Shown here: piece after piece, positions 39,291-48,041 of the stretch
Layout of the letters: each line of letters opens with the position of its first letter
How positions within the stretch are numbered: the first letter of the stretch is position 1
Assembly: GCA_037131125.1 (NCBI GenBank)
Contig: JBAXRR010000004.1
Span: 1 to 48,042 of the forward strand
DNA length: 48,042 nt
Reading direction: 5' to 3'
Source: a bacterium
Lineage (GTDB): Bacteria > Patescibacteriota > Dojkabacteria > GCA-016699595 > JBAXKR01
Program-made: the position numbers and the translations under genes
Notes under the pieces: model-generated
What the model saw: only the letters and a program-made list of their open reading frames with translations
Database searches by the model: none
Told to the model about the DNA's origin: nothing

Positions 39291-39890
39291 ATGAGTTCAC
39301 CAGATACGACATTAGTAATAGATAATACTCCTTCAAAACTATCAAGAGGTACTAGAAATAGTATGCTAAGTCTGTTAACTGGATTTGTTCTAGTCACCAG
39401 TACTCTTGGTGGAAAAATATCAGAGGGTTCATCAAATATGCCAGCTTGTACGGTATCAGGAGTTGAATGGTTGAATTACTACGAAAAGCAAATAAAGGTA
39501 GTGCATGGTGAAAACACAATGGTTGATCTTAATGCAATGAAAACCTTTCCACCTACTGATATACAAAGAAGTCCGGAAGCAGTCATTGGACATTTTTATG
39601 TTATCGCTCTAAATGGCAGATCCAGAGTATTAGATGGTATTGGCTCAACTTATGGGATTATGCAAGCAACCGTACCATTTAGTGAATCATCAATAATTAT
39701 TGCTGGAATGAACACACCTGCCGGAGAATGTCTTTTATCTACAAGTACAGGCGTGGATCAGCTAAAAGTTACAGAAGAATTCAAAGCACGTTTACCAATA
39801 GTGCAAAATGGTAATAATAGTATGATGGTAAATAGTCATAGCAAGATTGATCTTGGTAAAAAAACAACTGATATAAAAAGGCATAAATAG
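39291..39890 (+). CDS. Secreted/anchored beta-rich protein, array paralog 2
   Basis: Start reassigned to ATG 39291 (MSSPDTT), downstream of the promoter; 199 aa. TPSKLSRGTR plus hydrophobic segment; ACTVSG, GECLL; KARLPIVQN. Confidence 0.8.
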   Translation: MSSPDTTLVIDNTPSKLSRGTRNSMLSLLTGFVLVTSTLGGKISEGSSNMPACTVSGVEWLNYYEKQIKVVHGENTMVDLNAMKTFPPTDIQRSPEAVIGHFYVIALNGRSRVLDGIGSTYGIMQATVPFSESSIIIAGMNTPAGECLLSTSTGVDQLKVTEEFKARLPIVQNGNNSMMVNSHSKIDLGKKTTDIKRHK

Positions 39891-39934
39891 AAAGACAAAG
39901 TATTACAGTTATTTATATTTTCCAAAAGTCGCAG

Positions 39935-39964
39935 TGGACAAAAGATGACTTGTAGTGATATAAC
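39935..39964 (+). promoter_or_regulatory. Array promoter copy 3: TGGACA-N18-TATAAC
   Basis: Identical 30-mer to copy 2. Confidence 0.7.
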
Positions 39965-39992
39965 TTCTTAGTATTTTTTATTGCATAACAAA

Positions 39993-40604
39993 ATGAATTC
40001 AGCAGATATGACACCAGGACTAGACCAAGCTCCTTCAAAACTATCACTAGGTAATAGAAAGGGTATGATAGGTCTTTTTACTGGATTAGTTCTACTCACT
40101 AGTACTTTTGGTGTAGAAATATCAAAGGGTTCATACTTAGGATCAGAGATGCCAGCTTGTACTAGATCAGGAAAGGAGTGGATGACTGGTTACAACAAGG
40201 TAATAGAGATAGAGCATGGTGTAGATACAGAAGTTAGTCTTTATGCAATGGAAGAATTTCCACATATTGATATCGAAAGGATTCCGGGAGCAGTCATTGG
40301 ACGTTTTTATGCTCTCACTCTAGATGGAAATTCCAGAAGAATAGATGGTTTTGAGACAGGTGATGGACTTATGCAAGCAACCGCACCATTTAGTGATACA
40401 TCCAAAATTACTGCTGCAATAAATATACCTGGTGAAGGAGATTGTCTTTTATCTACAGATCTAGGCGTAGATCAGCTTGATGTTAAAGCACTATTCAAAG
40501 CACGTTTCCCAATAGTGCAAAATGATAATAATAGTATGATGGTAAATCGTGATAGCAAGATTGATCTTGGTAAAAAAACAACTGATATAAAAAGGCATAG
40601 ATAG
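39993..40604 (+). CDS. Secreted/anchored beta-rich protein, array paralog 3
   Basis: Start reassigned to ATG 39993 (MNSADMT); 203 aa. QAPSKLSLGNR plus hydrophobic segment; ACTRSG, GDCLL; KARFPIVQN. Confidence 0.8.
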   Translation: MNSADMTPGLDQAPSKLSLGNRKGMIGLFTGLVLLTSTFGVEISKGSYLGSEMPACTRSGKEWMTGYNKVIEIEHGVDTEVSLYAMEEFPHIDIERIPGAVIGRFYALTLDGNSRRIDGFETGDGLMQATAPFSDTSKITAAINIPGEGDCLLSTDLGVDQLDVKALFKARFPIVQNDNNSMMVNRDSKIDLGKKTTDIKRHR

Positions 40605-40655
40605 ATAGACAAAGTATTACAGTTATTTATATTTTCAAAAAAGTATAAAAAAAAC

Positions 40656-40685
40656 TGGACAAGTATTATCCTGTAGCGTTATACT
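40656..40685 (+). promoter_or_regulatory. Array promoter copy 4: TGGACA-N18-TATACT
   Basis: TGGACA AGTATTATCCTGTAGCGT TATACT, 26 nt before ATG 40712. Confidence 0.7.
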
Positions 40686-40711
40686 CACCTCATAATTTTA
40701 AAAATATTATT

Positions 40712-41269
40712 ATGGAAAATCTTTCACAAGTTAGTGAAGTACCAGTTGAAGCATCAGTATCTTATGCTCCTAGAGTATATTTTAGAAACATAAGAACAAT
40801 GTTAATAGCAGGATTAGCATATGCTGGGTTATTATTAGTAACCAATCCAAATACTATTAACGCTTCATTATATGGAGACTCAGGAATATGTCAAAGAATT
40901 GGAACTGTAGAAGTAAATGGAGGGAATCCAATAAAAGTAAAAAAAGGAGATGTTGTTGAACTTAAGGGACAATTAATGCATGCAGATCCTGTTACCGACT
41001 CAGCAAGTATTGATGATGCTATTGCGGCTTCAGGAGGAACATTTAATGTAATTGGCGAACAGTCAGGCACTACTAAAGTAGTATCCGGAACACCATCTGT
41101 AGATGGAGATTCAATTACTGCATCATATACTGTAACAGAAAAGTCTAAAGTCACTGCAGAAATTGGGGGTTGTGACGTAGTAACTAAGTATAGATCTGCA
41201 GCAATCGCAAATATATTATTAGAATATAAATTACTATTAATTAATGTGCAAAAAGATTCTAGCCAGTAG
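40712..41269 (+). CDS. Secreted/anchored beta-rich protein, array paralog 4
   Basis: 185 aa. YAPRVYFRNIR plus hydrophobic segment; ICQRIG, GGCDVV; C-terminal YKLLLINVQKD. Confidence 0.8.
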   Translation: MENLSQVSEVPVEASVSYAPRVYFRNIRTMLIAGLAYAGLLLVTNPNTINASLYGDSGICQRIGTVEVNGGNPIKVKKGDVVELKGQLMHADPVTDSASIDDAIAASGGTFNVIGEQSGTTKVVSGTPSVDGDSITASYTVTEKSKVTAEIGGCDVVTKYRSAAIANILLEYKLLLINVQKDSSQ

Positions 41270-41295
41270 GAAATCTATTAAAAGATTGTAATACT

Positions 41296-41325
41296 AACAC
41301 CCTGACTAATTCCAGGGTGTTTTTT
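41296..41325 (+). terminator. Rho-independent terminator, same stem as 39108
   Basis: AACACCCTG/CAGGGTGTT 9-bp stem, 8-nt loop, T-run. Confidence 0.85.
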
Positions 41326-41440
41326 GTTGTCAAGCTTGGAATCTGTCATCATTATTTAGATCAAGGCAACAGGACTTTGAATCTTTTCAATTCTTTGCTA
41401 AGAAGAGATATAATCGCGACATAAATATTAAACCATTCTA

Positions 41441-42448
41441 ATGGGATATATAGTAGTAACTGGTGGCTGTGGATATATTGGTTCTCACATGACAAGACAT
41501 TTACTCTCTAAAGGATACAATGTTTTGGTTATAGATAACCTAGAAAGAGGTTTTAAAGATGTAATTACCACACTTAAAAAAGCCTATCCTAAAGCAAATT
41601 TAGTATTTGAAAAAGTAGATTTAAGAGATAAATTAAATCTTCTAAAAGTATTTAGTAAATATGAAATAGATTCAGTTCTTCACTTTGCAGGATATGCTCT
41701 TGTTGGTGAATCTATGACCTACCCTACAAAATATTTTGAAAACAATACAGGAGGAACTATTAATCTTGTTAGCGTAATGCTGGAAAGGAAGATAAATAAA
41801 ATAATATTCTCATCAACTTGTAATATATATGGAAACTCACCAAAGATTCCAATAACTGAGAATAACGTTGAGAATCCTTCCAGTCTTTATGGTCTATCAA
41901 AACAATTATCCGAAAGAGTTATAGAGTCAGCAGCTGTTGAGGGATTGAATTCAATAAGATTTAGATACTTTAATGCTGCAGGAGACTCTTTCGATGGTCT
42001 AATTGGAGAACGTCACGATCCAGAGACACACCTAATTCCAAGAGTATTAGATTTTGCACTTGGTAAAAGTGACACTTTTAAGCTATTTGGAGATAACTAC
42101 CCAACTCCTGACGGTACTTGTATAAGGGATTACGTACATGTAGAGGATCTTGCTGAAGCTCACCTACTTGGGCTTAAGAAACTAGAGGAAAACAGTAAGA
42201 GTAACAAGGGATCAACTGCTCTATATAACCTTGGGACTGAAAATGGGACCTCCAATAAAGAGATTATTGAGGCTGTAAAAAAGATATCTGGAAAGGATTT
42301 TAAATATGAAACTGTTGAAGCCAGACCTGGAGATCCAGCAATCCTCATAGCAGATTCAACAAAAGCTTTTAAAGAGCTCGGCTGGAAGGCTAAAATGGAC
42401 TTAAATAAAGTTATTGAGAGTGCATATAACTGGCATAGTAAAAGGTAA
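41441..42448 (+). CDS. galE: UDP-glucose 4-epimerase
   Basis: VTGGCGYIGSH, HFAG...VGES, FSST, YGLSK (YxxxK), RYFNAAG, ETHLIP, DGTCIRDYVHVEDLAEAH, RPGDP. Confidence 0.95.
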   Translation: MGYIVVTGGCGYIGSHMTRHLLSKGYNVLVIDNLERGFKDVITTLKKAYPKANLVFEKVDLRDKLNLLKVFSKYEIDSVLHFAGYALVGESMTYPTKYFENNTGGTINLVSVMLERKINKIIFSSTCNIYGNSPKIPITENNVENPSSLYGLSKQLSERVIESAAVEGLNSIRFRYFNAAGDSFDGLIGERHDPETHLIPRVLDFALGKSDTFKLFGDNYPTPDGTCIRDYVHVEDLAEAHLLGLKKLEENSKSNKGSTALYNLGTENGTSNKEIIEAVKKISGKDFKYETVEARPGDPAILIADSTKAFKELGWKAKMDLNKVIESAYNWHSKR

Positions 42449-42485
42449 AATATACTCTTTTTGCTAGTAAATATGCCTAATATAC

Positions 42486-42494
42486 TGATATAAT
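42486..42494 (+). promoter_or_regulatory. Extended -10 promoter 7 nt upstream of the rpoD ATG; probable leaderless transcript
   Basis: TGATATAAT-CGGACTT-ATG (ATG at 42502). Confidence 0.55.
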
Positions 42495-42501
42495 CGGACT
42501 T

Positions 42502-43602
42502 ATGGCTAATAAAAAAATCTCTCCACAAAAACTCCTTGTTGCACTTGTTAAAAAGGCAGGAAAACAGGGCTATTTAACTCAAGACGATGTACTCGAAACA
42601 TTTCCAGAGATAGAAGAAGATATGGATATGTTAGAGAAGATCATAGTTCTTCTACAAAAGAAAAACATAGAGATAATAGATCCAGTAGTAAAAGAGATTG
42701 AAGAAACAGCTGTATCTCCTAACAAATTGAGCTTTGAAAAGAAGATTGAAATTCTAAAAAAGATTAGAAGTCATATTACTACAGATCCTGTCAGAGCTTA
42801 CTTACATGAGATTAGTAAGATTCCTCTTCTTAATGCACAAGAAGAGATAATTCTTGCTAAAAAGATCGAAAAAGGTTCACAAGAAGCTAGAGAATTATTA
42901 ACAACAGCTAACCTTAGACTTGTTGTATCCATAGCTAAAAAATACTCTAAAAGAGGCCTAGATCTTCTTGATCTCATTCAAGAGGGTAATATAGGACTTA
43001 TGAGAGCAGTTGAGAAATTTGAATATAAAAAAGGATTTAAGTTTTCTACATATGCAACATGGTGGATTAGACAAGCAATTACTAGAGCTATTGCTGATCA
43101 GGCTAGAACTATTAGAGTTCCTGTACATATGATTGAAACTATTAACAAACTTGGTAAAGTAAGTTCAGAACTAGCTGTTAAACTTGGAAGAAGACCTAGA
43201 ACAGATGAGATTGCTAAGGCTATGGGAATTGAAGAAGATAAAGTCCAAGAGATTATTAAAATAGCTCAAAGACCAGCATCTCTAGAGTCTCCAATAGGAG
43301 AAGAAGAAGATTCAAAACTTAGTGACATTATAGCTGATGAATATAACGAATCACCAACAGAGATTGCTAATCTAAGTTTTCTTAAGCAACAAATAAGAGA
43401 AATATTAGCAACTCTTACAGATAGAGAAAGAAAAGTATTAGAGTTAAGGTTTGGTCTTGAAGATGGTGTATCTAGAACACTAGAAGAAGTAGGACATGAA
43501 TTCAAAGTAACTAGAGAGAGAATAAGACAAATAGAAGCAAAAGCATTAAAAAGACTAAAAAGTCCTGAAATAGAACAAGCATTAAAAGACTATATAGGGT
43601 AA
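42502..43602 (+). CDS. rpoD: Primary RNA polymerase sigma factor RpoD/SigA
   Basis: [78 protein letters not shown]...[14 protein letters not shown]. Confidence 0.97.
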   Translation: MANKKISPQKLLVALVKKAGKQGYLTQDDVLETFPEIEEDMDMLEKIIVLLQKKNIEIIDPVVKEIEETAVSPNKLSFEKKIEILKKIRSHITTDPVRAYLHEISKIPLLNAQEEIILAKKIEKGSQEARELLTTANLRLVVSIAKKYSKRGLDLLDLIQEGNIGLMRAVEKFEYKKGFKFSTYATWWIRQAITRAIADQARTIRVPVHMIETINKLGKVSSELAVKLGRRPRTDEIAKAMGIEEDKVQEIIKIAQRPASLESPIGEEEDSKLSDIIADEYNESPTEIANLSFLKQQIREILATLTDRERKVLELRFGLEDGVSRTLEEVGHEFKVTRERIRQIEAKALKRLKSPEIEQALKDYIG

Positions 43603-43619
43603 TATATATTTGGGAATAT

Positions 43620-43694
43620 TCCGCGGTAGCTCAATGGTGGAGCAGGGAGCTGTTAACTCCAAGGCTACAGGTTCGAGCCCTGTCCGCGGAGCCA
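43620..43694 (+). tRNA. tRNA-Asn (GTT)
   Basis: Acceptor stem TCCGCGG/CCGCGGA, D-arm AGCTCAATGGTGGAGC, anticodon loop CT-GTT-AA, T-arm ACAGG-TTCGAGC-CCTGT, discriminator G, encoded CCA. Confidence 0.96.
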
Positions 43695-43717
43695 AATATA
43701 TTTATTATTTACACTTC

Positions 43718-44245
43718 ATGGATAACTTCGAAATTAAGCCTAAAGTTTTTAACCCAGCTATAATTGCAGTTTGCATTGGAACTGTTTCAATTCTGTTAAT
43801 CATTCTTATGGTTATATTAGGAGTTTCAGATATCTCTAAATTTATTTCTTCACAACCATATGTGCTTTTTGTGGTTTTCATGGTAATTTTAATTTTCTTC
43901 TTTATTATTGTTGATGCTTTTTCAAGAAAAATACTTGTAGAAAATAATGTGGCAACTTTTTTACACAAATCTAATAGTGGCCTTGGTAAATGGGAAACTG
44001 AGTTGACAATTGATTTTTCAAAAGTTATTGAGGTTACCGATCGTTCTAAAAATAGTGTGCTTTTCACAGGAAAAACAGCAGTTGCAAGTAAGGTATTTTG
44101 GTTAATATTTACAATGAATGATGGTACAAAAAAAGAAAAATTTGTAAATGCTGCGAATACAGGTGACTTAAAGAAATTATTAATACACTTTAAATCAAAG
44201 TATCCAAATATAAAATTAAACAATGTTTTAGTTAAAGATAATTAA
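43718..44245 (+). CDS. Two-TM membrane protein with soluble C-terminal domain (possibly PH-like)
   Basis: True start likely ATG 43718 (MDNFEIKP), since the ORF-track start overlaps the tRNA; 175 aa with two hydrophobic helices. Confidence 0.7.
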   Translation: MDNFEIKPKVFNPAIIAVCIGTVSILLIILMVILGVSDISKFISSQPYVLFVVFMVILIFFFIIVDAFSRKILVENNVATFLHKSNSGLGKWETELTIDFSKVIEVTDRSKNSVLFTGKTAVASKVFWLIFTMNDGTKKEKFVNAANTGDLKKLLIHFKSKYPNIKLNNVLVKDN

Positions 44246-44430
44246 TTTAGTACTTTCTGCAAGTTTGTATAATCAATTTCAAGTGTTAGTGTTCGAGTAC
44301 TGAACATGTCTACTAGTGGGAGCCAAACACAAATTTAATAAAAAAACTACTCACCATTTATTTTCCAAGTTGGATTTAGTCAATGTTTTGATGTAACATT
44401 CACTTATAATAATCTATTAGCAAAATAATA

Positions 44431-45093
44431 GTGGATCTTCAGTGTGATACAGCACTTAATAAATTGTTATCAATATATGAAGGCTATTCAAAAGAACATA
44501 GGGCAACTATACAGCCATTTCATTTATTAAAAGTACAAAGTTGTGTAAAGGAATATAAATATAGATTTGATGACATATTAATAAGAGAACCACTCATTGA
44601 GCACTCTGGAAGCCTTCCAATTGTTGCCACATTTCTATATCCATATATTAATAATTCCAATGTAGACTTAGGAAGAGCTTTAATTATGTTAGCAATTCAC
44701 GATATTGGAGAATTAGTTACTGGGGATCAAAATGTTTTTACTAATAATAATAATGAAAGTAAAGGAGCAATAAAATTACTAGATAGTTATTACCATAGTA
44801 TTTACTATGAAATGGAAAACCGTACTTCGGATACTGCTAGATTCGCCAAAGCTATTGATAAAATAACCCCAGATCTAGTTGATCTTATGACTCCTGTAGA
44901 AATAACTATTAATAGATACAAAATGTGTACTGGGAAAAATCCAGGAGAAATAGTTCCTCTTATTAAAGAATTTAAACATAAATACATGACTTGGAATGAA
45001 TTTATGACAGAATTTCATTTACTAATTCTTAATAGACTAGAATCAAACATTGATGGATTCATAAAGAATAAAGGTTCTAACCTCGTCCATTAA
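44431..45093 (+). CDS. HD-domain phosphohydrolase (YfbR/5'-deoxynucleotidase-like)
   Basis: EPLIEHS, ALIMLAIHDIGELVTGD, ARFAKAIDK; GTG start. Confidence 0.85.
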   Translation: MDLQCDTALNKLLSIYEGYSKEHRATIQPFHLLKVQSCVKEYKYRFDDILIREPLIEHSGSLPIVATFLYPYINNSNVDLGRALIMLAIHDIGELVTGDQNVFTNNNNESKGAIKLLDSYYHSIYYEMENRTSDTARFAKAIDKITPDLVDLMTPVEITINRYKMCTGKNPGEIVPLIKEFKHKYMTWNEFMTEFHLLILNRLESNIDGFIKNKGSNLVH

Positions 45094-45274
45094 AAGGAGT
45101 TTAGTTTTTAATAGCTTTATTCAATATGCAACGTTTAGCATAAATTGTTAACCTCAGTGTCTTAACAACTCCTTATATTTGGCCTAAAATGAGGATCTTA
45201 ACACTATCATTTCATTATTTTTTCAATGATCTTGATGATATCTTGTATAATACCAATACTATTAATTAATATTT

Positions 45275-46018
45275 ATGGGTACTTTACCAGGAGATGTTTT
45301 AACACCAGAAGTTAACTCAAATTCACATATATCAGTAAAATTAATTGGAATAGAAAGTAGAAGCCCTTTAGAAGCTGAGTTATCTATTGGAAAAAATATT
45401 GGTGAAGGAGAATCAGGTATTGTAAGAGAAGCAGAAGTTGTATTCAAAAAAGATAATAAAACAAGAAAATACCCAGTCGCAATAAAAACATATATTGGGC
45501 AAGATAAAAGCCGGATTAGTGGTATTCCAAGCGAAGTAAGCAATGAAGCATATAACGAAGGATACAAAATGCAATTAATATATTATAGAATCTTAAAAAG
45601 AATTGGAGCAAATGTTATACCTACATTTAGAATAGCAAGGAATGTAGAAGGAAATGATATTGGAATAGTTATGACAAATTTAGCATTAAATTCTTTAGAT
45701 ACAAAATCGGAAGTAATAACCGTCACTTCTACTAAAACAGATTTAAATGGAAGCCGAATAAGCTATATGGAAAGAAGCAAAGACAGAATCTTAGCAAAAC
45801 GAATAGGACTAGAATTAGATAAAGATTCTTGGATGCTCCAATACTCTAATAAATGGAATGGCTTGGGAAAGCTCATTCCTTCTTCTGTTATTTCCGATAT
45901 CATCGGAATCAAAATATCAGACAAAAGATTACTCAGTGAGTTTTTAAAGAGAAAAGGTAATGAAGATATATATCAGGAGGTTAATATGCATCCTTTGTTT
46001 AGAATTCAAATTGGATAG
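45275..46018 (+). CDS. Atypical protein-kinase-like protein
   Basis: IGEGESGIV Gly-rich loop and VAIK lysine motif; no canonical HRD or DFG. Confidence 0.55.
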   Translation: MGTLPGDVLTPEVNSNSHISVKLIGIESRSPLEAELSIGKNIGEGESGIVREAEVVFKKDNKTRKYPVAIKTYIGQDKSRISGIPSEVSNEAYNEGYKMQLIYYRILKRIGANVIPTFRIARNVEGNDIGIVMTNLALNSLDTKSEVITVTSTKTDLNGSRISYMERSKDRILAKRIGLELDKDSWMLQYSNKWNGLGKLIPSSVISDIIGIKISDKRLLSEFLKRKGNEDIYQEVNMHPLFRIQIG

Positions 46019-46128
46019 AAATAGTTTCTTTGAAGGTAATGAGATATTAATTGCTTCCCTTCCCCCACCTCTTTGCAAATACAGACATATTGATATACCC
46101 TATTGATATATTTCTTAATCAAGGTTTC

Positions 46129-47967
46129 ATGAAAAAAACAGTTTTAACTTTTATTATATTTACTTTCCTATTTATCTCTCCGATATTAAATATTGTAAGT
46201 GCTGATGGAATGAGCCTTTATCCTGACACGAGTGGGTGGAAATTATATGATGAAAATAATCAATACGCATTAATAAGTTACAAAGAGGGAAGACAAAGTA
46301 TGGTTCTCTCTATTAACTCGAAACAAGCTGAAAATGATTCAGTATGGATATTCCCTGTTCCAGCAGATCCTAATTTAGTTATAATAGATAATTTAGATAC
46401 CTTGCCTGCTTTTTATTATGGCAATGAAATAACAGACTTAGCAAATAATAATATAAGCCAAATAATAAGCAGTAGTCTTTATACTCAGATATATCCTTTC
46501 TTTCTAATAGGGACAACTCCTATGTATTCTATTTCAAAAGGAACTGACTTAATATCAAATAATTTCGAAGAAGGATCTAGTGCTACTTCAAGTGTTAAGG
46601 TTTTGGAACACTTAGATAAAAATGGATTAGTAACTGAAATTATATCCACAAAATCTGCAACTGATCTTAAAGAATATCTTGTAAAAAAAGGAGTAAATAT
46701 TGATGATAAAAAAATTACATCTGTAGATAATTATATAGGTAAAAGTTATAGCTTCGTTGTGTCGTGGATGAGTAATCCAGTAGAAAATACAATAGTTCCT
46801 GTTTCAAGTAGAATAGAGAATCCCGATACCAAATACCTTAATACTTGGCTTAATTCAATTGGGAGATCAGGAAAAATTGCTTGGCCTACAGTTCTATACA
46901 ATCTAGATCAATTAGGAGATAAAGCTGTATATGACACAATAGTTAAAAAGTATCCAGAAGGAATTATTTCTGTTTATAATGATTTTGCAAAAAGAAAAAC
47001 AGTAATTGATTACCTTGAAGAAGTATATTTTAAAAATGTTGGAATTCACACTATGTCTTACGGGAGTGAAGATATTATTTTCTATGGTAAAGGTGATAAT
47101 AGCTTTTTATTAGAACCGCTTTATGGAGGTAGTCCAGCAAAAACTAGTTTAACAGCAACAACTAGAGGGGTTAAAATAAGTTTCCCAACTGAGAAACTAT
47201 TCTTTCCATTAACACTTACAAGTATCTATGATAGCAAAATTATACCTGCAGAAATTCAAGTTGATGGACTTGTAACACCTGAAGTATTCAAGAATATTAA
47301 AGGAATGGTAGATACTAAATATATGAGTAAAAACAGCTATAATTATTCAGCTATTAATTTACTATCATATAGTTTTAATAGATTATTTAGTCAAAATCAA
47401 TCGACCTCAACAGAAGCCTATACAATAATAAAAATCAATGCACCATCAAAGCTATTTACTGAAGATCTTTGGATAGATAGATCAGTTCCGATAAATATTA
47501 CACTCACTGAAAAATTCGCAAATCTTGGGGATCTAGAATTACATTTACTTGGAATATTTACTACAGCCTTATTATCATATTCAATTAGTATATTAACCAG
47601 TTTATTAGTTTTCAAAGAATCTAGAAGTAAAAAAATGATATGGAAATATGGTTTAATTGGATTATTTAATATTTTTTCAATTATTGGTTTATGTATAGCC
47701 TTAGTTATTGTTCCAACTAAACAGATAAAGGAAGAAGATAAAAAACTATTTCTTGAAATGAAAACCAAAGGTTACTCTACGCTTGCGTATAGGATTGTTG
47801 ATTTAAGAAAACTATTCTATATTCCAATCTTTTCAATATTATTTACTATCTTCTCTACAGTTTTTTCAGAAAATCCTTCAATTTTCATAATTCTCTCTTC
47901 CATATCTTTTTCATTTAATTTTGATTCTAAAATTTCAGGAAAATTATCAAATATTTTTTTAACTTGA
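46129..47967 (+). CDS. Secreted/membrane protein, DUF2330-like, with C-terminal TM helices
   Basis: Likely start ATG 46129 (MKKTVLTF). NQYALISY..GRQSMVL, WIFPVPA, YIGKSYSFVV, KISFPTEKLFFPL. The last ~45 codons may be artefactual. Confidence 0.65.
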   Translation: MKKTVLTFIIFTFLFISPILNIVSADGMSLYPDTSGWKLYDENNQYALISYKEGRQSMVLSINSKQAENDSVWIFPVPADPNLVIIDNLDTLPAFYYGNEITDLANNNISQIISSSLYTQIYPFFLIGTTPMYSISKGTDLISNNFEEGSSATSSVKVLEHLDKNGLVTEIISTKSATDLKEYLVKKGVNIDDKKITSVDNYIGKSYSFVVSWMSNPVENTIVPVSSRIENPDTKYLNTWLNSIGRSGKIAWPTVLYNLDQLGDKAVYDTIVKKYPEGIISVYNDFAKRKTVIDYLEEVYFKNVGIHTMSYGSEDIIFYGKGDNSFLLEPLYGGSPAKTSLTATTRGVKISFPTEKLFFPLTLTSIYDSKIIPAEIQVDGLVTPEVFKNIKGMVDTKYMSKNSYNYSAINLLSYSFNRLFSQNQSTSTEAYTIIKINAPSKLFTEDLWIDRSVPINITLTEKFANLGDLELHLLGIFTTALLSYSISILTSLLVFKESRSKKMIWKYGLIGLFNIFSIIGLCIALVIVPTKQIKEEDKKLFLEMKTKGYSTLAYRIVDLRKLFYIPIFSILFTIFSTVFSENPSIFIILSSISFSFNFDSKISGKLSNIFLT

Positions 47968-48041
47968 TGTTGTTGAACAGCTATTGATGTGCCAAAAAAA
48001 TCATCATTTAAATGCTCAACCTTTTGATCACCGGCAATAAG
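47817..48041 (-). other. Open reading frame fragment at the window end containing a helix-hairpin-helix-like motif
   Basis: Hand translation: LIAGDQKVEHLNDDFFGTSIAVQQHQVKKIFDNFPEILESKLNEKDMEERIMKIEGFSEKTVEKIVNNIEKIGI-stop. It overlaps the preceding gene by about 150 nt. Confidence 0.4.

Larger units (their letters stand above)
39233..40640 (+). repeat. Direct tandem duplication of a ~700-bp promoter+gene+3' flank unit
   Basis: Units start at 39233 and 39935. Promoters are identical, and the 3' ends plus downstream AGACAAAGTATTACAGTTATTTATATTTTC are near-identical. Confidence 0.85.

Noticed and set aside
38447-41325. Integron cassette array
   Set aside because: There is no integrase and no attC-like RYYYAAC...GTTRRRY structure between the genes. 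Each gene has its own promoter, and the hairpins are ordinary terminators.
43610-43717. N-terminal extension of ORF 43610..44245
   Set aside because: It is a translation through the tRNA-Asn gene; the real start is probably 43718.
998-47768. Many short ORFs antisense to or overlapping long genes (for example 2902..3174, 13550..13912, 16757..17221, 26948..27463, 35220..35666, 42160..42528, 43705..44223, 47418..47768)
   Set aside because: They are shadow frames of well-supported genes, with antisense-like composition and no recognisable motifs.
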